Positions 11,546-21,201 of a stretch of 64,000 nt of DNA are shown in pieces. This stretch comes from an uncultured Acidimicrobiia bacterium (lineage in GTDB: Bacteria > Acidobacteriota > Terriglobia > Versatilivoradales > Versatilivoraceae). Under the pieces are notes generated by a model, which was not told the DNA's origin, made no database searches, and worked only from the letters and a program-made list of their open reading frames with translations. The stretch is from assembly GCA_963786955.1 (NCBI GenBank), contig CAWBAT010000006.1, positions 128,001 through 192,000 on the forward strand, in the 5' to 3' direction. Within the stretch, counting starts at the first letter, position 1; each line of letters starts with the position of its first letter. A program made the translations under genes and the position numbers.

Positions 11546-13054
11546 TTGAAACCGCTCTTGCTTACCGTCATCACTTTTTTCCCCATTCTGGGAGTACTAT
11601 TTCTCCTCCTGACTCCAAAGGAGATGAAAAGAGCAATCCGGAACGTGGCCCTCGCGTTCTCTACTCTGACATTTCTTCTTTCATTGATCTTGGTTCTTCA
11701 ATTTGATCGGTCCACCGCGCGAATGCAGTTTGAGCTGGCTGTTCCTTGGATCCAAAGCTTTGGAATCCACTATCATGTCGGGATTGATGGCATTAGCCTG
11801 CTGCTCATTTTGCTGACAACATTTTTGACTCCGTTGGCCATTCTGAGCTCATGGCAATCCATTCAGTCGGAGGTAAAAGAATATTTCATTTTGATGCTGG
11901 TGTTGGAAACAGGAATGATCGGCACCTTCGTCGCCCTGGATTTCTTCCTATTCTACGTTTTTTGGGAAATCATGCTGGTTCCCATGTACTTTTTAATCGG
12001 GGTGTGGGGCGGAGAGCGCAGAATTTATGCTGCCATCAAATTCTTTCTGTATACCATGGTGGGTTCTGTTCTCATGCTGGTGGCTATCATCAGTCTTTAC
12101 CTGATGAACGGATCGACGAGCTTTGACTTTCTCGAAATTCTCCGAAACATTCAAAATGGACAGATTGTCTTAAAACCCCCTCAACAACACTGGCTTTTCC
12201 TGGCTTTTTTCTTCGCCTTTGCGATTAAGGTTCCCTTGTTTCCTTTTCATACCTGGCTGCCCGACGCACACGTTGAAGCGCCAACGGCCGGGTCTGTCAT
12301 TCTGGCTGGCGTGTTGCTGAAAATGGGGACTTATGGGATTGTACGGTTCTGCCTCCCGCTTTTTCCTGAATCCGCAGTGACCTTTGCCCCATACATATCC
12401 GTCCTGGCCATTATTGGAATCATTTATGGAGCCCTGGTCGCCATGGTTCAGCCAGACGTCAAAAAACTCGTGGCTTACTCCTCGGTGAGTCACTTGGGCT
12501 TTGTCGTATTAGGGATCTTCGCTTTCAACATACAGGGACTAGAAGGCGCCATGATTCAGATGGTGAACCACGGGATCTCGACAGGCGGGCTTTTCCTTAT
12601 GGTGGGGATGATTTATGACCGTCGCCATACCCGTCAAATCGGTGAGTTTGGCGGTTTGGCAACCTCAATGCCGGTTTTCTCAACCTTCTTCATGCTCATC
12701 ACACTCTCATCCATCGGACTGCCGATGATGAATGGGTTTGTCGGCGAATTTTTGGTGCTGCTGGGAGCTTTCAAGGCAAATTTCACCTTCGCGGCCTTGG
12801 CAGCCACTGGCATTATCCTATCCGCGGTCTACATGCTATGGATGTACCAGCGGGTTGTTTTCGGCCCAATCATCAATCTGAAGAACCTCGCCCTGGCAGA
12901 TCTTAGCTTTCGCGAAAAATTTATTCTGGTGCCGATCATTGTGATGATCTTTTGGATCGGCATTGGTTCCGGTTCCTTCTTGAGGACTATGGATTACTCT
13001 GTCAACCAAATCCTGCAGCCGTTTCAGGCTCAGTCACTTTTCGTGCATAAGTAA
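11546..13054 (+). CDS. nuoM: NADH-quinone oxidoreductase subunit M
   Basis: [26 protein letters not shown] and [11 protein letters not shown]. Intact 502 aa. Confidence 0.96.
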   Translation: MKPLLLTVITFFPILGVLFLLLTPKEMKRAIRNVALAFSTLTFLLSLILVLQFDRSTARMQFELAVPWIQSFGIHYHVGIDGISLLLILLTTFLTPLAILSSWQSIQSEVKEYFILMLVLETGMIGTFVALDFFLFYVFWEIMLVPMYFLIGVWGGERRIYAAIKFFLYTMVGSVLMLVAIISLYLMNGSTSFDFLEILRNIQNGQIVLKPPQQHWLFLAFFFAFAIKVPLFPFHTWLPDAHVEAPTAGSVILAGVLLKMGTYGIVRFCLPLFPESAVTFAPYISVLAIIGIIYGALVAMVQPDVKKLVAYSSVSHLGFVVLGIFAFNIQGLEGAMIQMVNHGISTGGLFLMVGMIYDRRHTRQIGEFGGLATSMPVFSTFFMLITLSSIGLPMMNGFVGEFLVLLGAFKANFTFAALAATGIILSAVYMLWMYQRVVFGPIINLKNLALADLSFREKFILVPIIVMIFWIGIGSGSFLRTMDYSVNQILQPFQAQSLFVHK

Positions 13055-13086
13055 GCGATTTATTTCGGAGCAGGTCGGACTCATTC

Positions 13087-14541
13087 ATGCAAGATAGTTC
13101 ACTTTTTGAAATTCAACATATCCTTCCTGAAATCGTCCTCTCCTTGTTTGGCATCGCGGTGATCCTCGTCGACACCTTCTTGTCGAAAGCCCATCGAGAT
13201 AGGACTGGCGTCCTCGCCCTGGTTGGAATACTCGTCACCGCGCTCTCAACGCTTTTCCTGGTCAACGAAGAGGGCAGTTATATCTTCGGGATGACCACCG
13301 TCGATGACTTTGGTCTCTACTTTCGTTTCACGTTTTTGATCATTGGGGCACTGACCATTCTGGCTTCGATGAGCTACCTCCAAAGAGAACAGTTGGTGAC
13401 TGGCGAGTACTACGCCCTGATTCTTTTTGCCATTGTCGGCATGAATCTCATGGCGACATCCAATGAACTCATCATGATTTTCCTTGGGTTGGAAACTCTT
13501 TCGATTTCGACCTATATCTTGCTTGGAGTCATGCGAACCGATTTAAGATCGAATGAATCTGCCTTGAAGTATTTTCTGTTGGGATCCTTTTCCTCGGCAT
13601 TTCTGCTGTATGGAATTGCCTTGGTTTATGGCATAACCCGGACGACCAACCTGGAACTCATCGGGCGGGAAATTGCCCGCGGCAACGTGAGCGCGCCCGT
13701 ACTGTATCTCTCTGCAGCCTTGATGTTGGTGGGATTTGGCTTCAAGATTGCGGTTGCACCTTTTCACATCTGGGCTCCGGACGTGTATGAAGGAGCTCCG
13801 ACACCGATTTCTGCCTTTATGTCGGTAGGCCCTAAAGCTGCCGGATTTGCGATGTTATTTCGCGTGTTTTTCGAGGCCTTCCCTGCCCTTGCCAACAAAT
13901 GGCTTGTCGCAGCCTGGATATTTTCCGCGCTGACGATGTGCGTTGGGAATTTTGCCGCGATCGTCCAGAGCAATATTAAGCGGATTCTGGCCTACTCCTC
14001 GATAGCCCATGCGGGTTATATTCTGGTGGCTTTTGTTTCGGGTAGTGCAGGAAGGAGAAGCGGCCGCCTTATTTTACCTGCTGGCATATGCACTGATGAA
14101 TATCGGGGCTTTTGCCCTCGTGACAATTGTCAGTGGCGAGGGTGACAAACGAGTCCAGTATCGAAGATTTTGCCGGGATCGGGACCTCCCATCCCATCTT
14201 GGCCGCCAGCATGTCGATTTTTCTTCTGTCATTGGCCGGAATTCCCCTCACCGCTGGTTTTACTGGAAAATTTTTCATCTTTCGCGCTTCTTTAGGATCG
14301 CATCTTGATCTGGTTGACGATCATCGGTGTCCTCAATAGCGCGATTTCCGTTTACTATTACCTGCGCGTCATCGTCAGCATGTACATGAAAGAGCCCGCA
14401 GAGAATGCCCCATTGATTCTGGTTTCACCAACCCTAAAATCGGTCCTGCTGATTTCCGTGACTCGGGGTGTTGTTTTTAGGGATCTTTCCCGAACTGGAT
14501 CAATCAACCTGGCTAGAAATTCGATCCTGAATCTTCGATGA
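13087..14541 (+). CDS. nuoN: NADH-quinone oxidoreductase subunit N (apparent frameshifts in the 3' third)
   Basis: ESALKYFLLG, FKIAVAPFHIWAPDVYEGAP, KRILAYSSIAHAGY, SLAGIPLTAGF, YYYLRVI. Confidence 0.93.
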
Positions 14542-14667
14542 ACTTCCGATCTGCCCCTGGCGATCGAGGTTCGGCCGGGTATAACACCCTGGCGATTTCA
14601 TTCCAGGTATTGCAGAACATCGATATTTCAAACTGAAACTTAGGTGCCTCTCATTGAGTTCGCGGTA

Positions 14668-14829
14668 ATGCGTTAGTTACGGGGGGAAATCTGTACGGGC
14701 AAGGCATTCGGTGACGATTTGAAATTGTCGCTTCTGTAGCGGCTGAGTGGGTAGGGACGGACCGCCGGGCCGTCCGCGGCGCGCTCGGCGAGCGCGCCCT
14801 ACCAGAAATTCCCCCGATAACTAACGCAT
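14668..14829. repeat. MITE with ~27-bp terminal inverted repeats carrying a GTAG...CTAC REP doublet
   Basis: ATGCGTTAGTTACGGGGGGAAATCTG pairs with CAGAAATTCCCCCGATAACTAACGCAT. Internal GGTAGGG...CCCTACC. Confidence 0.75.
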
Positions 14830-14851
14830 AACAGTTTACGCTGAGTTATCC

Positions 14852-14881
14852 TTGACAATCCCAGAGCCGATTCCCTATAGT
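14852..14881 (+). promoter_or_regulatory. Sigma70-type promoter
   Basis: TTGACA-N18-TATAGT. Confidence 0.6.
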
Positions 14882-14887
14882 ATCTTC

Positions 14888-14970
14888 AGTCCGACGATTG
14901 AGCTGTATGTTCCTGATCGTCCTCTCTCCAAAAGTGCTCATCTCCTTGAAACGGATGAGCACTTTTTTTT
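14888..14970 (+). ncRNA. Candidate small RNA (possibly Acido-Lenti-1-like)
   Basis: Promoter, hairpin GACGATTG...TGATCGTC, single-stranded CTCTCTCC, then a terminator. No ORF. The family assignment is from memory only. Confidence 0.5.
14930..14970 (+). terminator. Intrinsic terminator
   Basis: AAAAGTGCTCATC / GATGAGCACTTTT stem followed by a T run. Confidence 0.8.
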
Positions 14971-15009
14971 GAATAATTGAAATTCGCGCTTTTTTGGCGT
15001 GCGATCCAA

Positions 15010-15085
15010 GCCGACGTAGCTCAGTTGGTAGAGCAGCCGATTCGTAATCGGCAGGTCATCGGTTCAAGTCCGATCGTCGGCTCCA
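15010..15085 (+). tRNA. tRNA-Thr (anticodon CGT)
   Basis: 76-nt cloverleaf. Anticodon stem GCCGA/TCGGC with loop TTCGTAA, T-arm GGTTCAAGTCC, CCA end. Confidence 0.97.
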
Positions 15086-15393
15086 TTTTATCAACCCCTT
15101 ACAGAATATAATTTTCCATGCGAATATCTTGGTTGCGGGCGGACTGGGGATTTTAGCTAATTTTTTTGGGGCTATGTATTATCCGTTTAACCGAAAAACC
15201 TCATATTTGTTTGTCTATAACGATTTAGAAAAGTCATGAAGCCAGTCCACCTCTTACCGTACTAGTTCATGAGAACAGTCAGACCCACTATTTGCCCTGT
15301 GTTGGAGTCCATGCGATTAGCTGTGGAACTTAAGGGCGAATTCCCCCGTCGGCAGAGAGTTACAACACCGCTTTGGCGTCACTCGCCGTCATG

Positions 15394-15477
15394 TGGCCGT
15401 ATTACGGCGTACTCGGGAACTGACACGTGTTCGAAAGACAAGCTATTCTCAGTTTCCGGTTACGCGACTACGCAACC
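15394..15477 (+). repeat. Island palindromic element, copy 1 (subfamily A)
   Basis: TGGCCGTATTACGGCGTACTCGGGAACTGAC...AGTTTCCGGTTACGCGACTACGCAACC. Confidence 0.85.
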
Positions 15478-15507
15478 GCTGAATGGATCAGTAAAGCTAC
15501 GGCGTTA

Positions 15508-16446
15508 CTATCGAGTGCCGGTGAACCCGCGCTTCGACAGAGCGTCTCGGAGTGCGTGCAGAACTGCCTCACACTTAGGAATCACTTTTCCCTTTTCGTT
15601 CAGCGAGAGTGCCAGCGAACGCACATTCGTGTTGCGGCGCGAAAGGGAAATGATCTCTTGGTTGACAACCATGAATCGGTCCAAAGCGGCATTGGCAGCG
15701 ACGATCTGTGGCTGGAACCTGGGCTCAACGAGGGATGAGAGCGTTGTCAGTGCGTTCCGCCCGGTCGCCTCCGACGTCGCCATGCTTTTCTCCATGCGCG
15801 TCATGACTGCCTCGTCGGCATCCGCAATATGGGGCGCCTGAAGCACCTGAATCTCCCGAACCGTTGCGACGGCGGTTGCGACGAGCGCTTCGACGCGCCA
15901 CTTATCCGCAGGGACTCGGGGGGCAACTGGCTTGAGGGAATCGCGGAAAGAATCAGCTGCCTCCTGCGCGGGGCCGAAAGAAAGGCGCTGGGCCTTGAGG
16001 TTAGTATTCTCGACAGCCAGGTCGAGAATGCGACGATCCAGCTCACAATATTCCCTAAATCGATTGACGAATTCCTGGAGCAAACGGCCCTCGTCAGAGT
16101 AGTGAAGATCTTCGAGAAGGGGTTTTAACGAGTCGATGTCTATCTGGACCTTCTCCTTTGCTTGTTCGGCTTCACGAGCAAACGCTATGGACGCTTCGTC
16201 AGTGTCTGCCATCACGGCTTTGTTAGCGGTATCAGCGGCCTTGGTAAATTGAACGAGAAGATCTGCGGCAATGTGGCGTGCCTGCGACACCCGCTGCAAA
16301 GCAGAATTGACGTCGCAGCCAATCATCGCACCCAAGGAGAAGACCATCAGGGCCATCCAGCTCGCCCCGGCTCGGGCGCGAAACAACGCCAGGGAACTGA
16401 CTGCTCGACCGAAACGCACCTTCTCCAAAATGCCAAAAAATAACAT
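15508..16446 (-). CDS. Putative lipoprotein resembling a stand-alone four-helix-bundle (MCP-type) ligand-binding domain; start uncertain
   Basis: Hydrophobic segment ending GAMIGC, then all-helical duplicated modules. No cytoplasmic signalling domain. Confidence 0.65.
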   Translation of the reverse strand: MLFFGILEKVRFGRAVSSLALFRARAGASWMALMVFSLGAMIGCDVNSALQRVSQARHIAADLLVQFTKAADTANKAVMADTDEASIAFAREAEQAKEKVQIDIDSLKPLLEDLHYSDEGRLLQEFVNRFREYCELDRRILDLAVENTNLKAQRLSFGPAQEAADSFRDSLKPVAPRVPADKWRVEALVATAVATVREIQVLQAPHIADADEAVMTRMEKSMATSEATGRNALTTLSSLVEPRFQPQIVAANAALDRFMVVNQEIISLSRRNTNVRSLALSLNEKGKVIPKCEAVLHALRDALSKRGFTGTR

Positions 16447-17018
16447 GAGCAGAGTCTCACCGCCGCGGACAGGGATGAACAAGAGAAATTTGTTCACGTG
16501 AAGGCTTCTGATGGAACCACGAGGACCCATTCTCGCAGCTTTCGTTAGCGCCAGGCCGTCCAAATGATCTACTAATTCTCTTTTCGAATCGAGTACATGG
16601 CATCGCGGATCTGAAGCGACGCCGCCCAAGTCGGTACTCGTCGAAGCCCGAACTAAAAGTCGTACTTTGCTTGCCCCGCAACCAGCCTTCGCCCTTTCTT
16701 TCTGTCTCGGCTTTCCCGATTAGCTTTTCCGTTGGGTCAGTTTTGTCGTGCGTTCACTGCATTGCCCACTGAATCGTCCTAGTCTACCAGATTCTTGCCA
16801 CCAAGCCTGGCGAATCTCCGGGCAATCTTCGGGTTGGGAAGAGGTGCCCGATACGCCGGTAGGATATTTCAAAAAAGGTCAGTGAAACTTGGCTTGCTGA
16901 AACAAGCCGGAAAGTAACCGTGAATCCCACGTGCCTTGGCTGGGTTCAGCCCGTGCTGGCTTCGGGGCCAAACATAGGTCCTCATAAGCCACCCAGTATT
17001 TACCAAGACCAAGTCAAG

Positions 17019-17101
17019 TTGACGTATCACGGCTACTCGGAAACTGACACCTGCTCGGAGGAGCTACAATTTCAAGTTTCCGATTACGCAACTATACATT
17101 C
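17019..17101 (+). repeat. Island palindromic element, copy 2 (subfamily A)
   Basis: TTGACGTATCACGGCTACTCGGAAACTGAC...AGTTTCCGATTACGCAACTATAC. Confidence 0.8.
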
Positions 17102-17160
17102 ATCTAAACGAACAATAGGCCTTTCGGGATCCAGACAAAATAAACAAATGATATCCCACT

Positions 17161-18295
17161 TATACACAGCGTCATAAATACTTGCGCATAACAAAAAGTT
17201 CCGCTATCCTTGACGTATCTTTCGGTCAAGGGGGCGGATCGTGCAAAAGCTGAGCATCGAGAATCCTGACATCATGCGAATTGCACTCCAGCAAGAGATT
17301 GCCCGGTCTGAAGAATCTCGTTACGATCACCGGCTGCACGGGATCTTGCTGGTGTGCGCGGGGAGAAGCTGTTATGAGGTGGCCGAACTGCTGGGCCACA
17401 GTCCTCGAACTGTCCAGAACTGGGTGGCGCGTTTCGACCGCAGCGGTTTTGCTGGCCTGCAAGAGGAGGAACGTCCGGGACGACCGACGGGACTGGACGA
17501 AAAGTCTCGCCGTCGAATTGGTCAGGATCTGCGACACTCGCCGCGCGATTTGGGGTACTCTCAGAACCTCTGGGATGGCAAACTGCTCAGCCACCATCTC
17601 GAGCGAAGCTTCGGGGTGGGATTGGGTGTTCGCCAATGTCAACGGCTGTTTCGGCAGTTGGGGTTTCGGCGCCGCAAACCCCGACCGCTGATTGCTCAGG
17701 CCGAGCCGGGGGCCCAACAGGCATATAAAAAAACTCCGACGTCTGGCCGCAAGAAAGGACCTGGACATTTGGTTTGAAGACGAATGCCACTTTACACAAC
17801 ACGGATCACGCTGTGCCATGTGGGTTCCTCCAGAGGACGTCGATCCGATTGTACTGCACGCTCCCACCCGCAAGAGTGTGGCGTTCTTTGGAGCGGTTTG
17901 TGCCGGGGACGGCCGCTGGGCCAGTCAAGCGGCAGAGACGTTTAACGCGATGAGCTTTCAGGCCTTTCTCAGTTACCTGTTGCGGAGGTATCGGCCCAGA
18001 CGCCAAATGGTGGTGGTGGTCGACAATGCTCGCTGGCATCACGCCCGTCAATTGCGGCCGTGGCTCAAAGAATATCGCAAACAGTTGCGTCTGGACTTCC
18101 TGCCACCCTACAGCCCAGACTTGAACGCGGTGGAACGTGTTTGGAAGTTGACGCGGCGCTTGTGTACCCATAACCAATACTTCGCGGAATTGGATGAATT
18201 GCTTGAGCGGGTTCAAGATCAGTTCGATTTTTGGACGAAAACCCATAATCAAGTCCTGCACACTCTATGCGCAATTATTTAAGACGTTGTGTATA
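17161..18295 (+). mobile_element. IS630-family insertion sequence (coordinates include the TA duplications)
   Basis: TIRs TATACACAGCGTCATAAATACTTGCGCATA and TATGCGCAATTATTTAAGACGTTGTGTATA enclose a two-ORF transposase. Confidence 0.93.
17241..18282 (+). CDS. IS630 transposase, OrfA + OrfB joined by a probable -1 frameshift at A7 (17727-17733)
   Basis: HTH OrfA. OrfB has WFEDE, VVDNARWH and FLPPYSPDLNAVERVW (DDE). Confidence 0.92.
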
Positions 18296-18399
18296 GAAGC
18301 AGTGCATGGTACAAACCGACGACGTCGCAACCAGGTTTTCTGCATCCTTTGAGTGGATTCGATTCAAGAAGGTCCCACGCCGTTCGTTTGCATCGAGCT

Positions 18400-18483
18400 G
18401 GTGGCCTTCGAATCTGCAAAGGTACTCCAGGGGGCTGACATCTCAGTACCCTTCCCCGCGTGAGAATGAGCATCAATAATTAA
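18400..18483 (-). pseudogene. N-terminal fragment of an amidohydrolase-family gene
   Basis: LIIDAHSHAGKGTEMSAPWSTFAD contains the DxHxH metal motif, then the similarity ends. Confidence 0.5.
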
Positions 18484-18795
18484 ATCGGTTTTTACATCGG
18501 TCGACTTTGCGTCCAATCTTTTGAAAATCGTGGCACCCCAACTACGGTAAACATTTGTTTCAACCACTTACGGCGTTTCTTTATTGCACCTCCTAGTGCT
18601 ATTACAAAATTGTATTACCGGGGACCAATTCGCCCCTACAGGAAGTCTCAAGTGAATTACCCAGGATGTACTCGGACCCTATATTAACTATCCTATTCAT
18701 TCTGTTGCAGGAGACCTGCACAAAAACCCCTTCAAAGATGGCAGCAAAAGTGTCTGGTTACTAGGAGTTCTGCCTTTTTACATAAAGGGGTTACT

Positions 18796-19902
18796 ATGAA
18801 GTACAACCAGCCACTTGTATTGGTCTCATTGCTCTTTTTCTGCATGTGCCGCTGGTGTCTCGCATCAACTTGCGACTTCAATGGGGACGGAACCACCAAT
18901 GTCATGGATTTGCAGATGTTGGTCAACGGTATTCTGGCCTCATCGACCTCCAGCAGCTTGGATATCAATCAGGACGGCAAAGTGGACGTTCTCGATCTCC
19001 AGCGATTGGCAAACGTGATCCTGGGGATCCAGTCCTGTCCCGGACAAGGAGGGGTTTCACCTCAAATCGAAGGCGTCGAGATATTCCCTCCTGACAACCC
19101 CTGGAACCGGGATATTTCCAATGACCCGGTTGATCCAAACTCGGCCAATTACATAACCAACATGAATGGCGGGACCAAGTATCTTCATGCTGATTTTGGT
19201 TCGAATCCGGATTACGGAATCCCCTTTGTCGTAGTTCCCGGAACCCAGCCTAAAGTCCCAGTGGTTTTTGACTATGCAGACGAGAGCGATCCGGGGCCAT
19301 ATCCTATTCCGCCCAATGCGCCCATTGAGGGTGGCGCCAGTTCTAGCGGAGACCGCCACGTCCTGGTTCTCGACAAGGACAACCACAAACTCTATGAGAC
19401 CTTTAGTTCCTATTACGTTGGCCCGGGATGGCAATGCGGGTCAGGAGCCATCTTCGATCTCACCTCAAACAGTCTGCGTCCCGACTATTGGACTTCGGCA
19501 GATGCCGCAGGCCTTCCGATCCTCCCCGGCCTTGTCCGCTACGACGAAGCTGCGGTTGCCGGCGAAATCAGGCATGCAGTCAGGTTCACTGTGGCCCGCA
19601 CCCAAAAAGCCTTCATTCATCCGGCGACTCATTATGCGAGCAGTTCTACCGAACCCAATTTGCCACCCATGGGACTCCGTGTTCGATTGAATGCCAACTA
19701 CGACCTCACCCGCTTCACTGGCGCTGCCCACGCCATCTTGGTGGCCCTCAAGAAATACGGCATGTTACTGGCTGACAACGGATCAGACTGGTACATCACG
19801 GGAGCCAGTGATCCCCGCTGGGACGACAATGATCTGAACCAGTTGAAGACTGTCCCAGCCAGCGCCTTCGAGGTGGTGCAGTCAGGGGCAATCATCAAAT
19901 AA
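18796..19902 (+). CDS. Secreted protein with a dockerin-type Ca-binding repeat and an uncharacterised C-terminal domain
   Basis: Signal peptide, then DFNGDGTTNVMDLQ / DINQDGKVDVLDLQ, then FPPDNPWN...ADAAGLPILPGLVRYDE. Confidence 0.82.
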   Translation: MKYNQPLVLVSLLFFCMCRWCLASTCDFNGDGTTNVMDLQMLVNGILASSTSSSLDINQDGKVDVLDLQRLANVILGIQSCPGQGGVSPQIEGVEIFPPDNPWNRDISNDPVDPNSANYITNMNGGTKYLHADFGSNPDYGIPFVVVPGTQPKVPVVFDYADESDPGPYPIPPNAPIEGGASSSGDRHVLVLDKDNHKLYETFSSYYVGPGWQCGSGAIFDLTSNSLRPDYWTSADAAGLPILPGLVRYDEAAVAGEIRHAVRFTVARTQKAFIHPATHYASSSTEPNLPPMGLRVRLNANYDLTRFTGAAHAILVALKKYGMLLADNGSDWYITGASDPRWDDNDLNQLKTVPASAFEVVQSGAIIK

Positions 19903-20009
19903 TCGGTCACTAGACAGCTCACTTCGAGTCCAAAGTTCACGGTCCAATGTCCAAAGTGACCAAGCTGTTCTTCAAATGAGCCTGGTCTGCCGCCGGCGAC
20001 TAACTGCGT

Positions 20010-20713
20010 CATTTCTCCCTGGACCACAAAAATCGGGCATTACCCGCGGATGGTTTTCCGCACTCACCGGCCAGGGAAGGTGTGAAAAAATTGGCTGTAG
20101 CGGCGCTCTATGAGCGCCGCTACTTTTCATTTCAACGGCTTGGCCGGCGCTCATAGAGCGCCGCTACAATTTCTTCACACCAGTGTGCCAAGGGAGAGTG
20201 GCAAGTCATCGCGGATGCTACTGCCCCTCGAAACCCAATGTTATCGCGCAGTTGTCCGCAGACACTACGGACTACCGGTTTCCTTTGGCCATCGCCAACA
20301 ACACGACCTACAAAGACCCCGACATGTCTGTCCGTTTCAAGACGATTTCAGGGAAGGAAGACCAGGGAGCCGGTTTGGTGTGGCGGTACTGGGATGCCAA
20401 CAACTACTATATTGTCCGGGCCAATGCACTCGAAGACAATGTGGTCCTCTACAAGGTGGAAAACGGCAAGCGTATCTCGCTGGCCCCGAAAGGGACACCG
20501 GTGAAAACCTATGGCATAAAGACAAAGGTTCCCGGAAATACCTGGAACAAGCTCAGTGTAAAAGTGATTGGGAATCTATTCACTGTTTCGTTTAATGATC
20601 AGAAGCTTTACGAGGTAGAGGACAACAGCTTTACTCAAGCAGGCCATGTCGGCCTCTCGACTAAAGCGGATTCAATTATTCACTTTGATGATTTCACATT
20701 AGACAGTAAGTGA
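20010..20713 (+). pseudogene. Concanavalin-like / DUF1080-like secreted protein, 5' part degenerate and interrupted by a MITE
   Basis: ALTGQG lies before the MITE and AKGEWQVIADATAP after it. Then DYRFPLA...NNYYIVRANALEDN...FDDF. Confidence 0.65.
20079..20181. repeat. MITE with GGTGTGAAAAAATT/AATTTCTTCACACC ends and a GTAG REP doublet
   Basis: Internal TGTAGCGGCGCTCTATGAGCGCCG and the inverted CGGCGCTCATAGAGCGCCGCTACA. Confidence 0.8.
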
Positions 20714-20828
20714 GCGGAGCTTCCGACTTGCATCTCTGATTTCCTCACCGGACCGAGGGGAAAATCGATATGCCCAAGTGATCTTTGTTCCGCTGATCAG
20801 TTTGAGTCAAGGCAACAAAGAGTTCACC

Positions 20829-20911
20829 ATACTTATAACGCCGTTATCGGAGACTGACAGCTGCTCGAATGGGCTACCATTTCATGTTTCCGGTTAGCCG
20901 ACTACACAACC
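20829..20911 (+). repeat. Island palindromic element, copy 3 (subfamily A)
   Basis: TATAACGCCGTTATCGGAGACTGACAGCT...TGTTTCCGGTTAGCCGACTACACAACC. Confidence 0.85.
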
Positions 20912-21039
20912 ATTGGATGGCCGTCAGTCGTCCTGGTGGAGCCTACAAGGTTTTGATTTTATTTGGAGACACTCCTATTACCCGCCGTCGGGCGCATTTT
21001 CTATCCTGCTGCGGTTCAAAAGCATATAATATTTGAACT

Positions 21040-21135
21040 GTGCAGGGTTTTCTAGTGCCTGGTCCCGATGCTCTCTAAAGGCTGCAACCATTGAGATTCC
21101 TAACCATCGAAGCGTCTCTATAATGCCCACGAGTG
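21040..21135 (-). pseudogene. Possible 5' remnant of an integrase-core (rve) transposase
   Basis: AAFREHRDQALEN resembles the FRSRRDLALENLAL N-terminus of such transposases. Very short. Confidence 0.35.
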
Positions 21136-21201
21136 CCGAGTAAACAGGGTAAATTATCATTAGTTTTTGAGCGGATGGAGTTTTTGCGAAGGAAGGTGTG
21201 T

